DNA of 55,050 nt, filler included, from Sphacelaria rigidula (GCA_964200075.2; 4 parts of 4 records of this genome joined end to end with filler, not necessarily neighbours in it); one strand, 5' to 3'; positions 25,535-38,879 are shown, counted from the first letter of the whole stretch. Program-made: numbers and translations. The notes: generated by a model not told the origin, from the sequence alone.

Positions 25535-25830
25535 CGAAAGTGATGTACATAACGGTGTCCCATAAATAGGCAAAGTGTGAGTTGGTAAACCTCGAATCGG
25601 CGCCTGTGGGGGGCCGATTTGCGCCAAAACGCGGCAAGCCGTTAGGACTCTTGTGGGATCGGCAAAGAATACTCCAAGCATGGACTTGCGGAGCCAAGCC
25701 TACTGGTGCATGGGCGCCGGGAGGGTTAATGTAGAGAGTAATCGCAGTGTATTACAGGCCAAGAGACTGACCCTACGTTGGCGAAAATATCATTACGGTA
25801 ACTGAGCTACAGTACAGGACTCTGCGACTA

Positions 25831-27108
25831 CGAGCTGGGCCAGCTGACGGTGATTTGCGAACGAAGATTGGCGGTGCTATCGGTAATTCGAAGAGTTATG
25901 CGCTGAAATTTCGACACGAAATTTGTGACATCAACCCGCGCACCCCTATAGGAGGTGCAGGGGAGAAAAACCCCCCCAGGAAGTTCGAGCGAGTTGAAGA
26001 TTCAGCAAAAGCAGGAAAAATGCTATAGGAGCTGGGCCGGCCATCGGGGATTTTTGAACGAAGGGTGGCGATGGGATCGGTAATTAAAAAAGTTAGGCGC
26101 TGAAATTTTGGCACGAAATTTTTGTCATCAATCCGCGCACCCCTATAGGAGGTGCAGGAAAAAAAAAAAAGGAAGTTGAAGCGAGTTGAAGATTCAGGAA
26201 AAACAGGAAAAATGCTACACGAGCTGGGCTGGCCGTCAGTGATTTTTGAACGAAGAGTGGAGATGCGATTGGCAAGTCAAAGAGTTGGACGCTGAAATTT
26301 TGAGACGCCATTTTTCTCATCAATCCGCGCAACCCTGTAAGTAAAGTTTATGAAAGAACAGAACAGGAAGTTAGAGCGAGTTGAAGTTTTAGCAAAAACA
26401 GGGAAAATTGTATAACTTCCTCAAACATTGATAAAACGATGACAACGCTCCGGCATATACGGGCACTCGCGTCAAGCACATACTCGTAAAGTTTCAGCCA
26501 AAAATACGTCAATTTGGGCTTCGCGTCGCACTTTTTGTGTGACCCCGGTGGTCAAACTGATACAACAGCCCTGAATTACACAGGTCACGAGTTCGGATAC
26601 CGACGCGACAGCATAATCTCTCGTACATCTGGGTTGCGAAGGGTCTCGATATTTTGGTGACGGTTTCGCTTTTGGGAGAGGTATAGCGCAGTTTCAATTA
26701 GTACGTCTCTCTCGTGCGGTGATATACGACAGTTGGCTCGGAGGTTTTCTGCCATTATTGAGCTTATGATGAGCTTGATGCCATCTTGCAGCACTACGAA
26801 TGTTTTCTTACCTGGGCATGTTGGATGCGCATGTGCCTATGCGGCGCAACGATCTATCGTAATTCCATCGCTTTTTGTGAAGCGAAACGTCCCCAGACAC
26901 GTTGTCACGCAACGACAAGAGACGTACCTGTTATTCAATGCAGTGCAATATCATCATCGCCAAAACTGCGCCAATCAAGCAGCGGTGGTGCCTTGTGTTA
27001 CCAGATTGGTCTGCAGTTCACAGCGATAAGCTGAGGTCGCGCTTTTTTAGGAGGCTTGAGAAGTTGTAGCGCGTAAAGAGAAGTGGGATTTACTGCCGGC
27101 CCAGCTCG
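25831..27108 (+). mobile_element. Non-autonomous Tc1/mariner-like element with a triplicated ~195-bp left terminus and an internal tRNA-like segment (~26540-26610)
   Basis: TA|CGAGCTGGGCC.GC...GC.GGCCCAGCTCG|TA. The left-end unit repeats at ~25831, ~26029 and ~26220. A second copy of the tRNA-like segment lies just outside, at ~27230-27420. Confidence 0.75.
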
Positions 27109-27420
27109 TAGCTTCGCGGAGAATCGATAGGAACGGCTGCACCTCCAATAACGTTGTGGGCACTCGCGTGAAGGACATCGTGGTGAAGGTTCGGCGAAAA
27201 ATACCTCGAAATGGGCGTAGCGTCGCACTTCATGTGTGACGCGACTGCACCCTGCTGGTCGAACTGATAGGTCGAACTGATAGAACAGCCTCAAATACCC
27301 AGGTCACGAGTTCGAATCGCGACACGACAAGAAATGTTTTGTTTATAATCTAATCGTGCATAATTTCTCGTACCTCCCGGGTTGCAAAGGGTGTCGATAC
27401 TTTGGTGACGGTTTAGTTTG

Positions 27421-27477
27421 TGGGTGTACTCATGATCATGCATGCCATAGTCATACGAACACTGATCTCGCATCCCT
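27421..27477 (+). repeat. Dispersed GGGGTGTACTCATG repeat family, truncated by the contig end
   Basis: GGGTGTACTCATGATCATGCATGCCATAGTCAT...CTCGCATCCC. Six copies in the window. Confidence 0.85.
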
Positions 27478-27577
27478 NNNNNNNNNNNNNNNNNNNNNNN
27501 NNNNNNNNNNNNNNNNNNNNNTTAATTAATTAANNNNNNNNNNNNNNNNNNNNNNNNNNNNNNNNNNNNNNNNNNNN
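27478..27577. other. Artificial contig spacer
   Basis: N44-TTAATTAATTAA-N44. Confidence 0.98.
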
Positions 27578-29023
27578 CGCTGTGTTCTCGACCAGCTGCT
27601 CCCATCCTTCTACAATCTTCGCTCCTGCCCGATTTTTTTCCATTTCGGTAGAGGGGGGTGTATGAGAGATCAAACACTTGTAGAAACCTTTTTGACATGC
27701 GGAGTAAAAAAAGATACCTATGGTGGTGACCTAACTGTTGCTAGCGTGGCGCATAGGCAATCTGCAGCACACATACGGTGGTCGTGTCGACAGCTCGGTA
27801 GAGCACGAGTACCTTCCCATAAGTAATAATTATTCCGATGTCAGGAGGTCATGGACTATCACAACTCGAAAGGAGAGACGAGAGTGCTCTACGATCAACC
27901 GCATGTCGTTGCATTCGAGACCCACGCCATCAACCGCTGACAGCAAGGGTCTTGTGGCTTTAACGCGACGCTGTCGGTAGTACGCCAGGCAAGCCAGATC
28001 ATAGCTACCTCCCGTCTGCGCAGTGGTGGTCACGCTAACAGACTGCACCGATTTCGCAAGACCTGTGAAAGCTAGAGAGTTTGATTTTCATGAGCTGCAT
28101 GCACAAGATGAAAACGGTTCCCAAAACCTTAGGGAGGATGGCTTCCCTGTCCCCCAGCCAGGCATCGATGAACAAGGAACGACTTTTACAGGCGGGTACA
28201 ACACACATGGGGGCCCGGAGAAGTTTCTTTCCATCAAAATCTGTGTCTTCGAAGCTGCAAAGTGTTCCAAGCGCATGGTTTTCTAATACGAACAGTAACT
28301 TGTCGAATTCTGTTCCGTTGTTCGAGCACTGTCCGACGCCGATGCCGGAAAAGTTTCGTATTGCTGTTCGACAGTTTCTTCTGATGTTCAACTGGACCTG
28401 AAGCGGCCACCTTCCCTCAGGTTTCCAGAATGGTGGTGAACCGATTGTGCCTGTCAAGTTGACGGTCGAACATTGTGTATTATACACAAGCCACAGTCAT
28501 ATTTCTAACATAAGTCTTGGTAGCTCTCACACTAGATCTATTGCAAGCTACGTGACCTAGTTACCTTGATACAGTACACTTTTGTGTAACTAACGATGGC
28601 AGCACATTTCCAACTGTAATACTCTATGAGCTATGTGGCTCAACGTTAAAGATTCTTCAATCGAAGATACGGATAAAACGACACCACATGGTTCGTGGTT
28701 TTCTTGAACCATCACAAGTTATACCGCTGTATGCCATATATAGAACCGAAATCCAGAACACATAATATACAGCCAGGCTATAGGCTGTGTGTAGAATTTC
28801 CAACGCAATACGTCTGGTAGCAAAATCCTGCAGCACATGACCTTCACATATGTTATTATTCTTAGTTGACCACGAGGCGGAAGTAAAGCGCACGTCTACA
28901 TATTTTTATCATGTTGTACGTAGGGACATAATGCTAGAGCTGACGATGTATCGAGGGAGGGACGACAGCAGACTAATTCCAGAGAGTAGGGTACGCACAA
29001 GAGTACTTCAACACATATCTCAC

Positions 29024-32000
29024 CGCTTGATGGTTTCCACATATCCCCTCGGTAGAGATGTTGGGTCGTATGCTACGAACACCTCGGATGTTTCTTCCGG
29101 CAGAAGGATCGGGAAGGCGAGAGCAGCAAACGTGATGTCTACGATGCTGATGGTCTCACCACATAGATACTGCCGCCCATCCTGCAGCAACCCTTCAACC
29201 AATCTTTGTTGCAGAACGTCACGATAGCGGGTAGCTTGTCAGTCTACTCCATGCAAAAAGGTGGACATCAGCGTACTAGGAAACGGCAACGACGTTGTGG
29301 GTATCATTTGTGGTGGGTGATCCGTGGTTTTGTAACATTGCGCCCTCGTGTTTCTTTTACAACACCGTAGACGCGAAACGGAAGCCCACATATTTCAGGG
29401 TTTGACTGCAAAAGCATTCCGTAGCCGAAGTGCACCATAGCAATACCATGACACCTCTGCGTTGAGGCTGGAACGTACCAACGAGGTCAGAACGGGGTTA
29501 TGTAGTAGAATCACGGCACAGACAGGCGTATGTTAACACAAATACATGTACCGGTTACACTGGCCGGTGTCACTCGGTGCGTGTCGGGTGTAGGGTAGCG
29601 AAATTCATCCCTAAAGCGCCATTTTTTCGTGGAGCTTCTTGACAGAAGAAATCGTTTTTTCATCAGGCCACAGGCATATAAACAAAATACCGGGCGTGGA
29701 TATCAAAACGGATCAGCAAAAGTGGTGCATCAACAGTCCGAGCGCCATGCTGATACGCCGTGAGACGTGTTCGGCAGCTCACCGAAATGCCTTGTCGATG
29801 GAGCGTAGGTTAGTGAGACGCACTTTGTCATCCATCAACCGCAGTTGCCGTTTCATGACCAAAGCACAGCCAGTGCCAAGGTTGGGCACGAGCACGCTCT
29901 GCCAAAAAGGCAAGTCCTGAGAGAAAACGTCGTTCACTTCCTTTTTCATCTCCTGCGATAATGTTCCGGGAAAATTGACAGACCCTTGACGATGTATTCG
30001 GTACGAGAGAGACGAAGGTGGAGCTACTACGATGACACAAGCTACACAAGGACAGTATTTTGCACATTATACCCATACAAACATGAGAGAATATTACTGC
30101 AAACGATTGATTATAAAACAGACACAGCGTCTCCGGATTGGTCGATGTTAACATCTTCTGCTTACGATTGTGTGGATCCACACTGTTTCGTTTTCCCGTT
30201 TGCAGTTGATTATGTTTATTCTCCCTTCCTTCTTCAAATCTCCCCTTTCCTGAGTCTGCTTGAGCGAGTGAACTCTCCAGTCGCCTTCGGTAGATACATA
30301 CGTGTACAGTCTGACCAGGGCTAGATTCGTAGCAGATGAGTTCATGTCGTCGTAGCGTACAGAACTCCACCCATCAATCAAGCAACCAATCGAACACGAG
30401 GTTTTGGATATATGCTATCGAACGTCAACATAGCGGGGACTTCACGCCTGTTCTAGTGTACCCTCCTCCCCGCTGAAGAGGCTACCATACATGCTATTAT
30501 AGTGGATCGTTCTGACACCACGCTGCGAATTTTGATTTGGAAAAGTACCACGGTGACCAGATGGATTGAAGGCAACACGGGACGGGATGGCTTGTCCGCT
30601 GCTTTTCGCTGTTCATTTTATTCGGAAATGAAGCTGACAAAGCCCTATCGAGGGGGATTTTGATGCCAGCAACGACGGGTTTCTTCGAGGGAAAACGGCA
30701 ACCGGAAACTCCACGCCCATCATGTGTGCCTACTTGTTTTCATTCCACAGCCTGAAAAGACAACTCTTCAAAAGCTTCCTATATGTCGCCAAGCGGTCAG
30801 CGCTTGCTTCAACAGGCGCGGGATATACCTTCCCGAGTAGGTAGGAGTACGCCACGTGCATCGATGGCAATGCAAGGTATCCTTCCAGCTCTGCCTCCAG
30901 CTCCGCAGCACCTTCAGGGTACATCCACGCTCGCCATCTTGGAGTCGACAGATGCGCTGATTACAGCCAAGGGCAAAGATGGTCGACCCCAAGTTGGCAA
31001 CCGGGACAAAGGGCCCTGAAAACAATATCCTTCCGCGCAAACACTCTACTTTGCTGACCCCTCGAGCTAAACAATATTCAGTTTCCTAGGTCAGAGTGAA
31101 CTGAACTGTGCTGTACTGTACTGCAGCGGTGCTCCACACCTCGAGGTCTCGGTCAGCTCTCCCTGGTGTAGCCCGCCACACGCATCTTGCATTCAGCGGT
31201 GAACTTAGCGTTTAACATCCCATTATAGTTAACATTCTATGGTTCGTAGCGGTTGCTTAGCTGTCGTTGTCATGTCATGTGCTGGTGGGGCGCTCGAAAA
31301 TTATTGTTTGCCCACTGCTTTTCCGTTTTTTGTTTCTATCCGAACACACTCAATCGCGCATACCGGCATGCTGTGAAGAAAAGCTACCGGTGGTGAGACT
31401 TCATATGTCGGCACTTTACGACATAGCCTGCAACACAACGATGGGGCAGTGGATCTTCCAGGAACATGCCCCAAGTCGTACGGGCTATACCTCCAGTCCG
31501 CGCCTTTTATTCCAAGGCCTCTACAGTACAGGAAAGGTGCGTGTTTCGGACAACAACTCCTGCATACAGACCCAATGGTTGGGGCGAACCTCCAACGATC
31601 CAATCTCCCAATGCGCCCCCTGCCCACAATCAAATAATCTTCCAACGAGCAGGGCGCACCAGCAGCGGCTGAGCCAACGCGGGGGGTATCTTGTGTCACT
31701 GAGTACGCTCACAAACATTCCATGGCTGATAATTTTGTCTTGACCAAGTTTGCTCTTCACCGGTTTGGGTTCATAGACGGTAGAAAGAGCGGCACACGCG
31801 GTACGCAGGCGTTGTAGAGACGCAAACTCCGCTGTTATCCACGCTGACAAAAGTCGAGGTTCGCGAACAAGATTTGTACGTAAGCTACATTTTTGCGTCA
31901 CGTCGACAAAAATCAACTCATGATGTTTCACAAGGGCAATTTACGCTGAGAAATGTCACGCTGGCAGAGAAATGTTACGCGGGCAGAGGAAATATTGTCT

Positions 32001-35000
32001 TCGCTCTCTGTTGTTGACCGAGGAACATGCCACGCGTGTGCTTTGTATCTGGGTACCGCTTTTAACACAGTACTAACTGTTTAGAAATCATAACCCGAAA
32101 AAACGCGTAAATTGTCCATGATTTTCTGGTCGTGGTAAAAGGTGAGGGTTCATGACGATATATCTTATATGAGTCGCATTCCACGATCTTGCATTATCGT
32201 GCAACTCCCATCTGGCATATGATATCCACCTGGGATACCATATCCATTCGGGATATCGTATCCATCTAGAGTATTGAAGACCACCTGGGATATCCAATAT
32301 CCAAATGGGATATCCCGGATGGGTATCCATACAGACCTGGCGTATCCACTTTGTATACCATGCCTTTTTGGGATGCCCATTTGGGATGCTATTGTCACCT
32401 GGGATATCCGTGTAGGATCCGCCTGGATATCTCTTGGGGGTATTCATGTGAGACTTCCAACCTTAATTTTGCCCTCTTTCTGAACACCCTCATCAGATGC
32501 GGGTGTCTATCTGGGTCGCCTAACGTGAATTATTCCCGCCGATCTAAAATTCATATTTGAGATCCACCCGCAAGTACCACAGATTGGTATTTCGGATAAA
32601 TCTGAGACCTTGCTTTGATATGTGTCCCTATTCAAAGTCCCAGATTAATCTCAAACTTCAGAAGGGTTTGAACTCCCAGATGGACATTTTAGGTGGATCA
32701 TCCCAGGTGGAGAGCCGAGATGGATATTTCAGATGTGAATCCCAGATGTGAATCCCAGATGAGTATCCCAGAGGGATATGACTTACCAGACGGATGTTCT
32801 AGATGAATATGGTATGCCGGATAAAAATCCCAGGTAGAAACAATATTCCGTATCGTCATCTCAGATGAATATACCCCTGATGGATTTCGATATCCGAGGT
32901 GGATATCCATCCCCCACCTGGATACGAGCCAGGCCAACCTACAAGCGGATCTGTAGATTGCAGGCTCATTCTCACCCAAATATTGAGAGTTCGATTATAA
33001 ATCTGGTGTGGAGAAGCGCCCGAGCATAATGAAAATTGCTTTTGAGTAATTGAGATTTTGGCTCGTCTTTCATGCGTTTAGGATCAGAACAAGATGTAGT
33101 TCTCACTAAAATGTCCCCAAGTCATGGAGAAGAAAGTTCCATTACCCAAAACAACTTTCATTACTGTTTCCGATCGATTCTTAATAACAAAATTTGAAAG
33201 TCCACCTCTCGAATTTGGTATGGGGATGGTCGATTTGAAGCGTCTGCCGATTAAGACTCGGACTGGTATTTTGCAGACCACTTACTAGCCCAGCTTTGGT
33301 ACTTGTGCTTTGAAATTTCGAGTGAAGCATCACTGGGGTGTAGTAACGAAAAAAATGGAACATGCTGTTTCTCCGTGACTTAAGGCAACTCTTTATGTGT
33401 CAAAACAAATGTTGATGAAAAGCGCCTTTGTGGCCCTTTTCCGTCGTTTTTTCCCCGAAAAGAGGGTTAGGCGGATGGCAACACCTTGGAAGGACTTGCG
33501 CTACTCGTTGAGACCATTTCAGGGCACCCTTGCGTGTTTCGTAGGTTACAGTTTTGTTCTTGGCCAAACCAATAACAAATGGCCAAGGTATTCAAAAGTG
33601 GAAAGTTTTCAGTTTTTTCCTGTTTTTATTAACTTGACCCCTTGTTATTGAAAACTCGAGTCGGGCCACAAACAAAACTGTGACCTACGGAACACGCATA
33701 GGTGCCCTGGAACGGTCTCAACGAGGAGAGCGAGTCATTTCCAAGGTGTGAACATCCGCCCATCCCTCTTTCGGACGAAAAACGACCGAGAAGAGCCAAA
33801 AAGGCTTTTTTTCAAGATTTTTTTTCTCGACACCTAAGAAGCGGCCTAAGAACGTCTCAGTGTAGAAAAGACCATTGTTTCACGAGCACGCCCCAAACTC
33901 ATGAAAATAAAGTAAGACGGCTCACTTGTGTTTTTTGTGCAGTATGCCCTCATTCCGATCCTCCATACCAAATTTCAAATCAAAATTCCCAAAACAACGA
34001 GCTGAGAAGCTGAGTTGACCCCTAGGCACCAACCCCCCCGCAGGTAGACGGAGATGGACTACGCCACATTCGGGGTTCAGAATGATTCTTGTCTCCCTAC
34101 ACGAAAAGTCATTTTTTATCAAGATGTGGATGCTGGGCATCCATATATGAAACAGTAATGGAGAGCAACTGACGGCTTTTGGCCTTGCGGTCAATCGCGT
34201 GCAGAGTCAGAATGTGTGTGGTATGTCTTCGCTAGATACAGCGGTAAGAAATAGGCATCGTGTCATCGATCTCCGCTAAACACAGTGCACCGCATGCTGC
34301 CGATGTCTCTGCTTAATGCTCCACAATAACACTACAGACAGTGTGGACCTACGTTGGCAACACATCAGGGGTCAGGCAAGCCGCAAAGACCACGAGCAGA
34401 GAAAAACTGAAAACACACGTTATCTTTGTCCATGTCATCTTTGGATGAATTTCCATGACCAAAATGAGAAATATCGCCGGATAGCGAAGCAGTCCATCTG
34501 CAGTCCACCTGCAGGGAACAAAGAGGCCACTTTGATAGCCGTGGTAGTTTTCCGTGGGAAAGATTCAAGCATACATGGCCGATTGGTGAGCTGTGAGCTT
34601 TTCGGGTGTTCTGCGAAGAGGCCCCCCACCTCCTGTCGAAACCCATTCCCCTCCCCCTCCTGGAAACCCCCAGATGTCTGTGGATTATTAGCCTGTGAAA
34701 TTGTTCCGAGGCGACGCTCGCAGTCTGAAGGTTAAGGGCCAAAACCTATGTTCATATCGCACGAAAACGTCTTCAACTCATGAGACCAAAATTCCAAGTT
34801 CCTGAATTGTTTGTTGTCACCTTGTGCTAGGGGTATTACGTACCACATTTCACAGTACAACTCTCAAAGCTGGGACGCGAAATCCAGAGTGGTGCATTTA
34901 GTGTCTGCTCGTAATATTCTGAGTTTAGTATGGAATGGATGTGCACCCGCCCCCCCCCCAAGCAATGGGAGGATACCCTAAAGGAGAACCTACGTGCGCT

Positions 35001-36717
35001 AGGGGCTGTCCCGCATAAAGGAGTCCGACGGAAGTGGTTCGTCTACGGTGTAGAAGTCAACGATGCATACGATTGGATCACTGCGGCGGAGAACATGGAC
35101 AAATGGCATATTGGAGTCGAAAAAGGAGTGGAAGAGTTTGAGGGCACGTGGCGACGCGCGGACAAACGAGAATCAGACCGCCGTCACAAGCGAAAGGCTG
35201 CTGCGTCGAGGGCCGCCAATCGAAGTTTCCTGTCTGCTCATATCGGTTGTTGATTATACCCTTAGTCGGTGGCTCTGCGGTGCCCACTGGTGGGTGTCTG
35301 TATCTTCTCTGCTGCCCTGAATCCCTTGAGCTTTTTTCTTTTTGAAATATTTTATTTCATTTTTTCATGTCCCTTTTTTTGTCAGTTCGGCCATCACTTT
35401 CTGTGCTTTGCTTTTGTTGATTTTTTTCTTTCATTATTTCTTCATTTTTTTTTTACGTATTAGGCTATCATGTCCTTCTGTTCGACTTTTTCCTGCTCCT
35501 TCGTTTTCTTGAACGAGTGTTTCAGTATTGCTTCTCTTGGGTACGTCTATCATGCGACCACGACTGAACCCATGGGTGGTCAGTTAAAGTGCGACAATTA
35601 ACCAATCAAAGCAATCACTCATGTCTTTAGAGAGATAACTCATTGGGTGAGGGTTAGGGTATCGATCGGCTCCCCGTGCTTCCGTGCTTCCCTCATGTTC
35701 AAAACAAAGTTCATTATCATTCGCGGTACTTATCGTCCGGGGTTTCATGCGTACTCTGGCACAGGCATTATCTCCATACGGTATAGGAATTACCCGACAC
35801 GGCGGATAATCGACGAGAAAGAAATGGCCCAGGAATTGAACAAATAGGCATATTTCCCTTGATTAGACGATCAGTTAGACATGCGGATCACGGCCAATTA
35901 CGTCTGTGTCGATGAGATATGGCCGTGAGAGCTCCAATCCGTTTTTAGGCCGGCCCAGCTCGTATCCCAGCTGAATACCGCGTATCCCACGTGGGTATTG
36001 TTTCCCAGATGGAAGTTGCACGATAATACTAGCCTCCCCTAAATTCTTCTCGTAAAGCGGACGAATACTACTCGCAGGCTATCTAGCAATTTTGTTCGTG
36101 TGGTCTCAGACGCTAACCGAATTGTCCCGTCTATGGTCACCACGAGATGGATGTGCGGCCAGCAAGGGGTTCAGTCCTTATGGTCAGCACAGGGAAGACG
36201 AGTCATTACCTTTGTACAAATGGGTACATGTTGATGGCAAATTCTCTCGAGGTGTTAAGTCTACCAGCTGTTTCGTGAAAGAGGGTATTTCTTTGAGCAG
36301 CTCACCCATCATAGCGGGGGAATCCTTCGGTCCACCGCGTCCATCATACGCATACGTGAGCGGTAGCTCGCTGCTCGCACCACATGAATGATACAGCGCT
36401 GTCGTTTGCTCCGAATAAATGGGCACCGGGATCTGCCAGCGGAGGAAAAGTTTAGATTTAGTGAGAGACCGCTCCTTCACTGAACGTCCTCATTGTTAAA
36501 GCGAGACGTAGCTGACGTCACGTCTGGTGAAATCGTTCCGGCGTGTCAAATGATTTTTCCACCTTTACATGACAACGAGTTAAGATCTTGAGACAATCAG
36601 CTTGTAGTCGACGCGCATTTGTACCGTCACCTCCTTGTACGCTTCTCCAGTCAGCTCGAGCGCCCATCGGATCTTCTCGCTTTTGTTGCTATGTCGCACA
36701 AGAAATACCCTCTTCAC
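29024..36717 (-). CDS. Glutathione S-transferase family protein. Supported exons 36717-36631, 36432-36306, 30956-(30734 or ~30829), 29916-29783, 29203-29024; first and last exons unresolved
   Basis: The spliced peptide has GST N-domain hallmarks (HSNKSEKIRWALELTGEAYKE; GASSELPLTYAYDGRGGPKDSPAMMAHL; WMYPEGAAELE) and C-domain hallmarks (IDKAFRLVEGLLQDGRQYLCGETISIVDITFAALAFPILLP). Introns are GT-AG with compatible phases, except the exon 3/4 junction, where the donor is ambiguous or a small exon is missing. Candidate upstream exons lie at ~37200-37590. Confidence 0.8.
33384..33846. mobile_element. PIF/Harbinger MITE (diverged copy), nested
   Basis: TAA|GGCAACTCT...AGAAGCGGCC|TAA, palindromic body homologous to 43643-44114. 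Confidence 0.8.
34945..35620 (+). mobile_element. 5'-truncated non-LTR retrotransposon (RTE-like): C-terminal ORF remnant, 3'UTR and AATC-type tail
   Basis: PPKQWEDTLKENLRALG...DWITAAENMDKWHIGVEKGVEEFEGTWRRAD...RRHKRK resembles the post-RT C-terminus of RTE-clade LINEs. The 3'UTR end (GGGTACGTCTAT...CAGTTAAAGTGCGACAAT) is shared with three other copies. Confidence 0.75.
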
Positions 36718-38357
36718 CTGACGGCACATTCATGCGTGGGAACGTGTGCCAGGTAGGACGTCGTGCAAGAAAATTTCGACTCTGATGGACTTGTTGAAGT
36801 CCTGTTGTAAGTCTTCGATGCTTCACTTCCGTACAGGCGAACTTATACACACTTGACACTACAAAAAAGCGAATTGATACTTGCGTGCCATTTGTGTTCC
36901 GTAAATGCACACGAACAAGTGCGGTCACTGGACTCAGGCAGCAATTCTGACAATTTTTACGCGCTAGGTGATCACTGGAGCGTTGTACATGTAGCGCACA
37001 AGATCTTCTTTCAAGAGTACATGGGTATATCTACACGTGAATAACGTGACAAAACACCACTGTGGAATTATCTTCATTTGTTGCACCAAGACCCTAAACT
37101 TTGCCGTTCGTTCCTATATTTATGTTCATATCTTCGTACTTCTGGCCATGGTTTCGCATACGGCACAGGAAGCTTGGGATCCATGAAAGGTAGAGCCCAC
37201 CTTCTCCGACGAGAGCCGCTTGCCGAAGAACCTGGGCGCCCATGATCTCGCGCAGCTCGGTGTTACTTTCCACATCCATAGCCTTATCGAATATATCGTT
37301 TTTTCATTCGCATTGAGTATGAGAAGGAGGCGAAAACTCCTTGATTCTTGCGGCGTGCATCCTGCTGGGCATCTGTCAGCCTGTCGCACCCCGTTTAGTA
37401 TCAAAATGCGTACTCCGTGAAAGCGATGTAACAATACTGAGAGGTTTACAGGCAATTCCACCCATGTTGAACGTAAGTGATGATAACGGTGCCTTTATAA
37501 ATGCAGTAGCACGAGACGACATGTGGCACCAACGTAGGAGTGTCTCAATTTCATTCAATGGAGCCCCGCGAAGAGCACGCCCTGTATAGTGGAATAGGGA
37601 AACCCTTCCACTTTACACATAGCTAGGGGTATCCCATGTAGCCAGGCTGCATTTGTCGTCATTCAGGTTTGAGATAGTGAACTACTTAAACACCGAGAGC
37701 TACTTCGCAACGTGTCGTTTGTGCACGAGTTCGGCATCTTATGCCGCATTATCTTCAATACCGTGAATACATTTGTTGATGCTGTGCCGATGAATGCTTT
37801 GCTATCGATTTTAATACTTTTATCGTGATCGGTAGTTCCTGCTCGTCTCTTTCCTTTCCTTTTCTTTCCCTTCCTTTTCTTTCCCGTCCTTTCTATTTCC
37901 TGCTTCGTTTCGTCTCTTGTTTTCACTCAGATTAATTCGTGTGTGTTCACTTGCCTTCTTCTTTATCTTCCTTTTTGAGCTATATATTCGGGAAATCATA
38001 CAGGCAGATGTCACTGAATGGCACATACTTTCTTCTTTCGGCCATGCACTTCGAGGGAATTGCATCCATTGCGTACCATCAACGTTACATCAGGTGCTTT
38101 CTTGAGCTTAACCGAATGTTGAAAGGTTTCTTTCGGTTGTGTCGCAACGGAGCACGTGAATACCATCTTTTGATGGTTGCTAGCGGTAGAAAGCAACCAG
38201 TAGCATTGCTGGGGATGCGTTGACCCGACGAAACTTGGGCCAGATTCAGTATGGGTGTGAAATCTCGGTACACATATGCGACTAATCATCAGAGTATAAG
38301 TGCGTTTAAAACCACGGATATGCTTTCCCTCTGGCGTTGAAATTCCCCCCGGCCTTG

Positions 38358-38660
38358 GACAGCCTAGCCGGGGATCTGTAGATTGCAGTCAGGTTGACAG
38401 CTCGGTTTTGAGAGTCATGCTAAGAACTTCGCTACAGAGAAGCACTAGGGCATATTAAGGGGAACGTTTTGGGACCTCGGGGACTTTTTCAGTGAGGGCA
38501 TAAACAATACACATTTTTCACAAAAAAAAAACTTGAGTAATGTAAACACAAGACGTGCTCAAGCGCCCAACTCTTCATTACTATTTCACCCTGCCCATTT
38601 CCATATCAAATTTCAAAACAGAAACTCCTAAAACTGAGCTATCAAGTCTAGGTGCAGCTG
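38358..38660 (+). repeat. Degenerate relative of the element starting at 32925
   Basis: Shares GGATCTGTAGATTGCAG (also at ~32947) and TCCATA.CAAATTTCAAA (also at ~33962). Confidence 0.5.
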
Positions 38661-38837
38661 ATTCAGTGTGATGTATTGTAATTACGGTACTACGAAATAC
38701 TAGAACGACATATCTTCCGGTAAACAACCAATCACATGGAGGCGAGCGTATCGATCGTTTTCGGGTGCCCCAGGGAATGTTCACACCAAGAAATGGCGCC
38801 ATCCGGTAACTAAATTGTGACGGGGTTTCGTATTGAC

Positions 38838-38838
<1 letters not shown>

Positions 38839-38879
<41 letters not shown>

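Larger units (their letters stand above)
32925..35962. mobile_element. Nested Tc1/mariner-like element of the CGAGCTGGGCC-TIR group
   Basis: TA|CGAGCCAGGCCAACCTACAAGCGGAT...ATCCGTTTTTAGGCCGGCCCAGCTCG|TA. Removing it restores CTGGATATCCCAG of the outer element. Confidence 0.7.
32197..36023. mobile_element. Outer non-autonomous TIR element rich in GGATATCC/CCCAGAT motifs, interrupted by nested insertions
   Basis: TA|TCGTGCAACTCCCATCTGG...CCAGATGGAAGTTGCACGA|TA. The motif-rich body runs 32197-32922 and resumes at 35965. Confidence 0.7.

Noticed and set aside
28035..28487. 150-aa minus-strand ORF as the final GST exon
   Set aside because: A phase-compatible acceptor exists near 28254, but the peptide lacks a clear GST C-terminal motif. 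Left unresolved.
36050..36305. AlkB/2OG-Fe(II) oxygenase-like relic (HLYKGNDS...DHKD)
   Set aside because: It needs a frameshift and a stop read-through. The upstream part is better explained as a GST exon ending at the GTGAGC donor at 36305.
37590..37625. Chromodomain-like VKWKGFP on the minus strand
   Set aside because: An isolated heptapeptide flanked by stops, with no other chromodomain residues.
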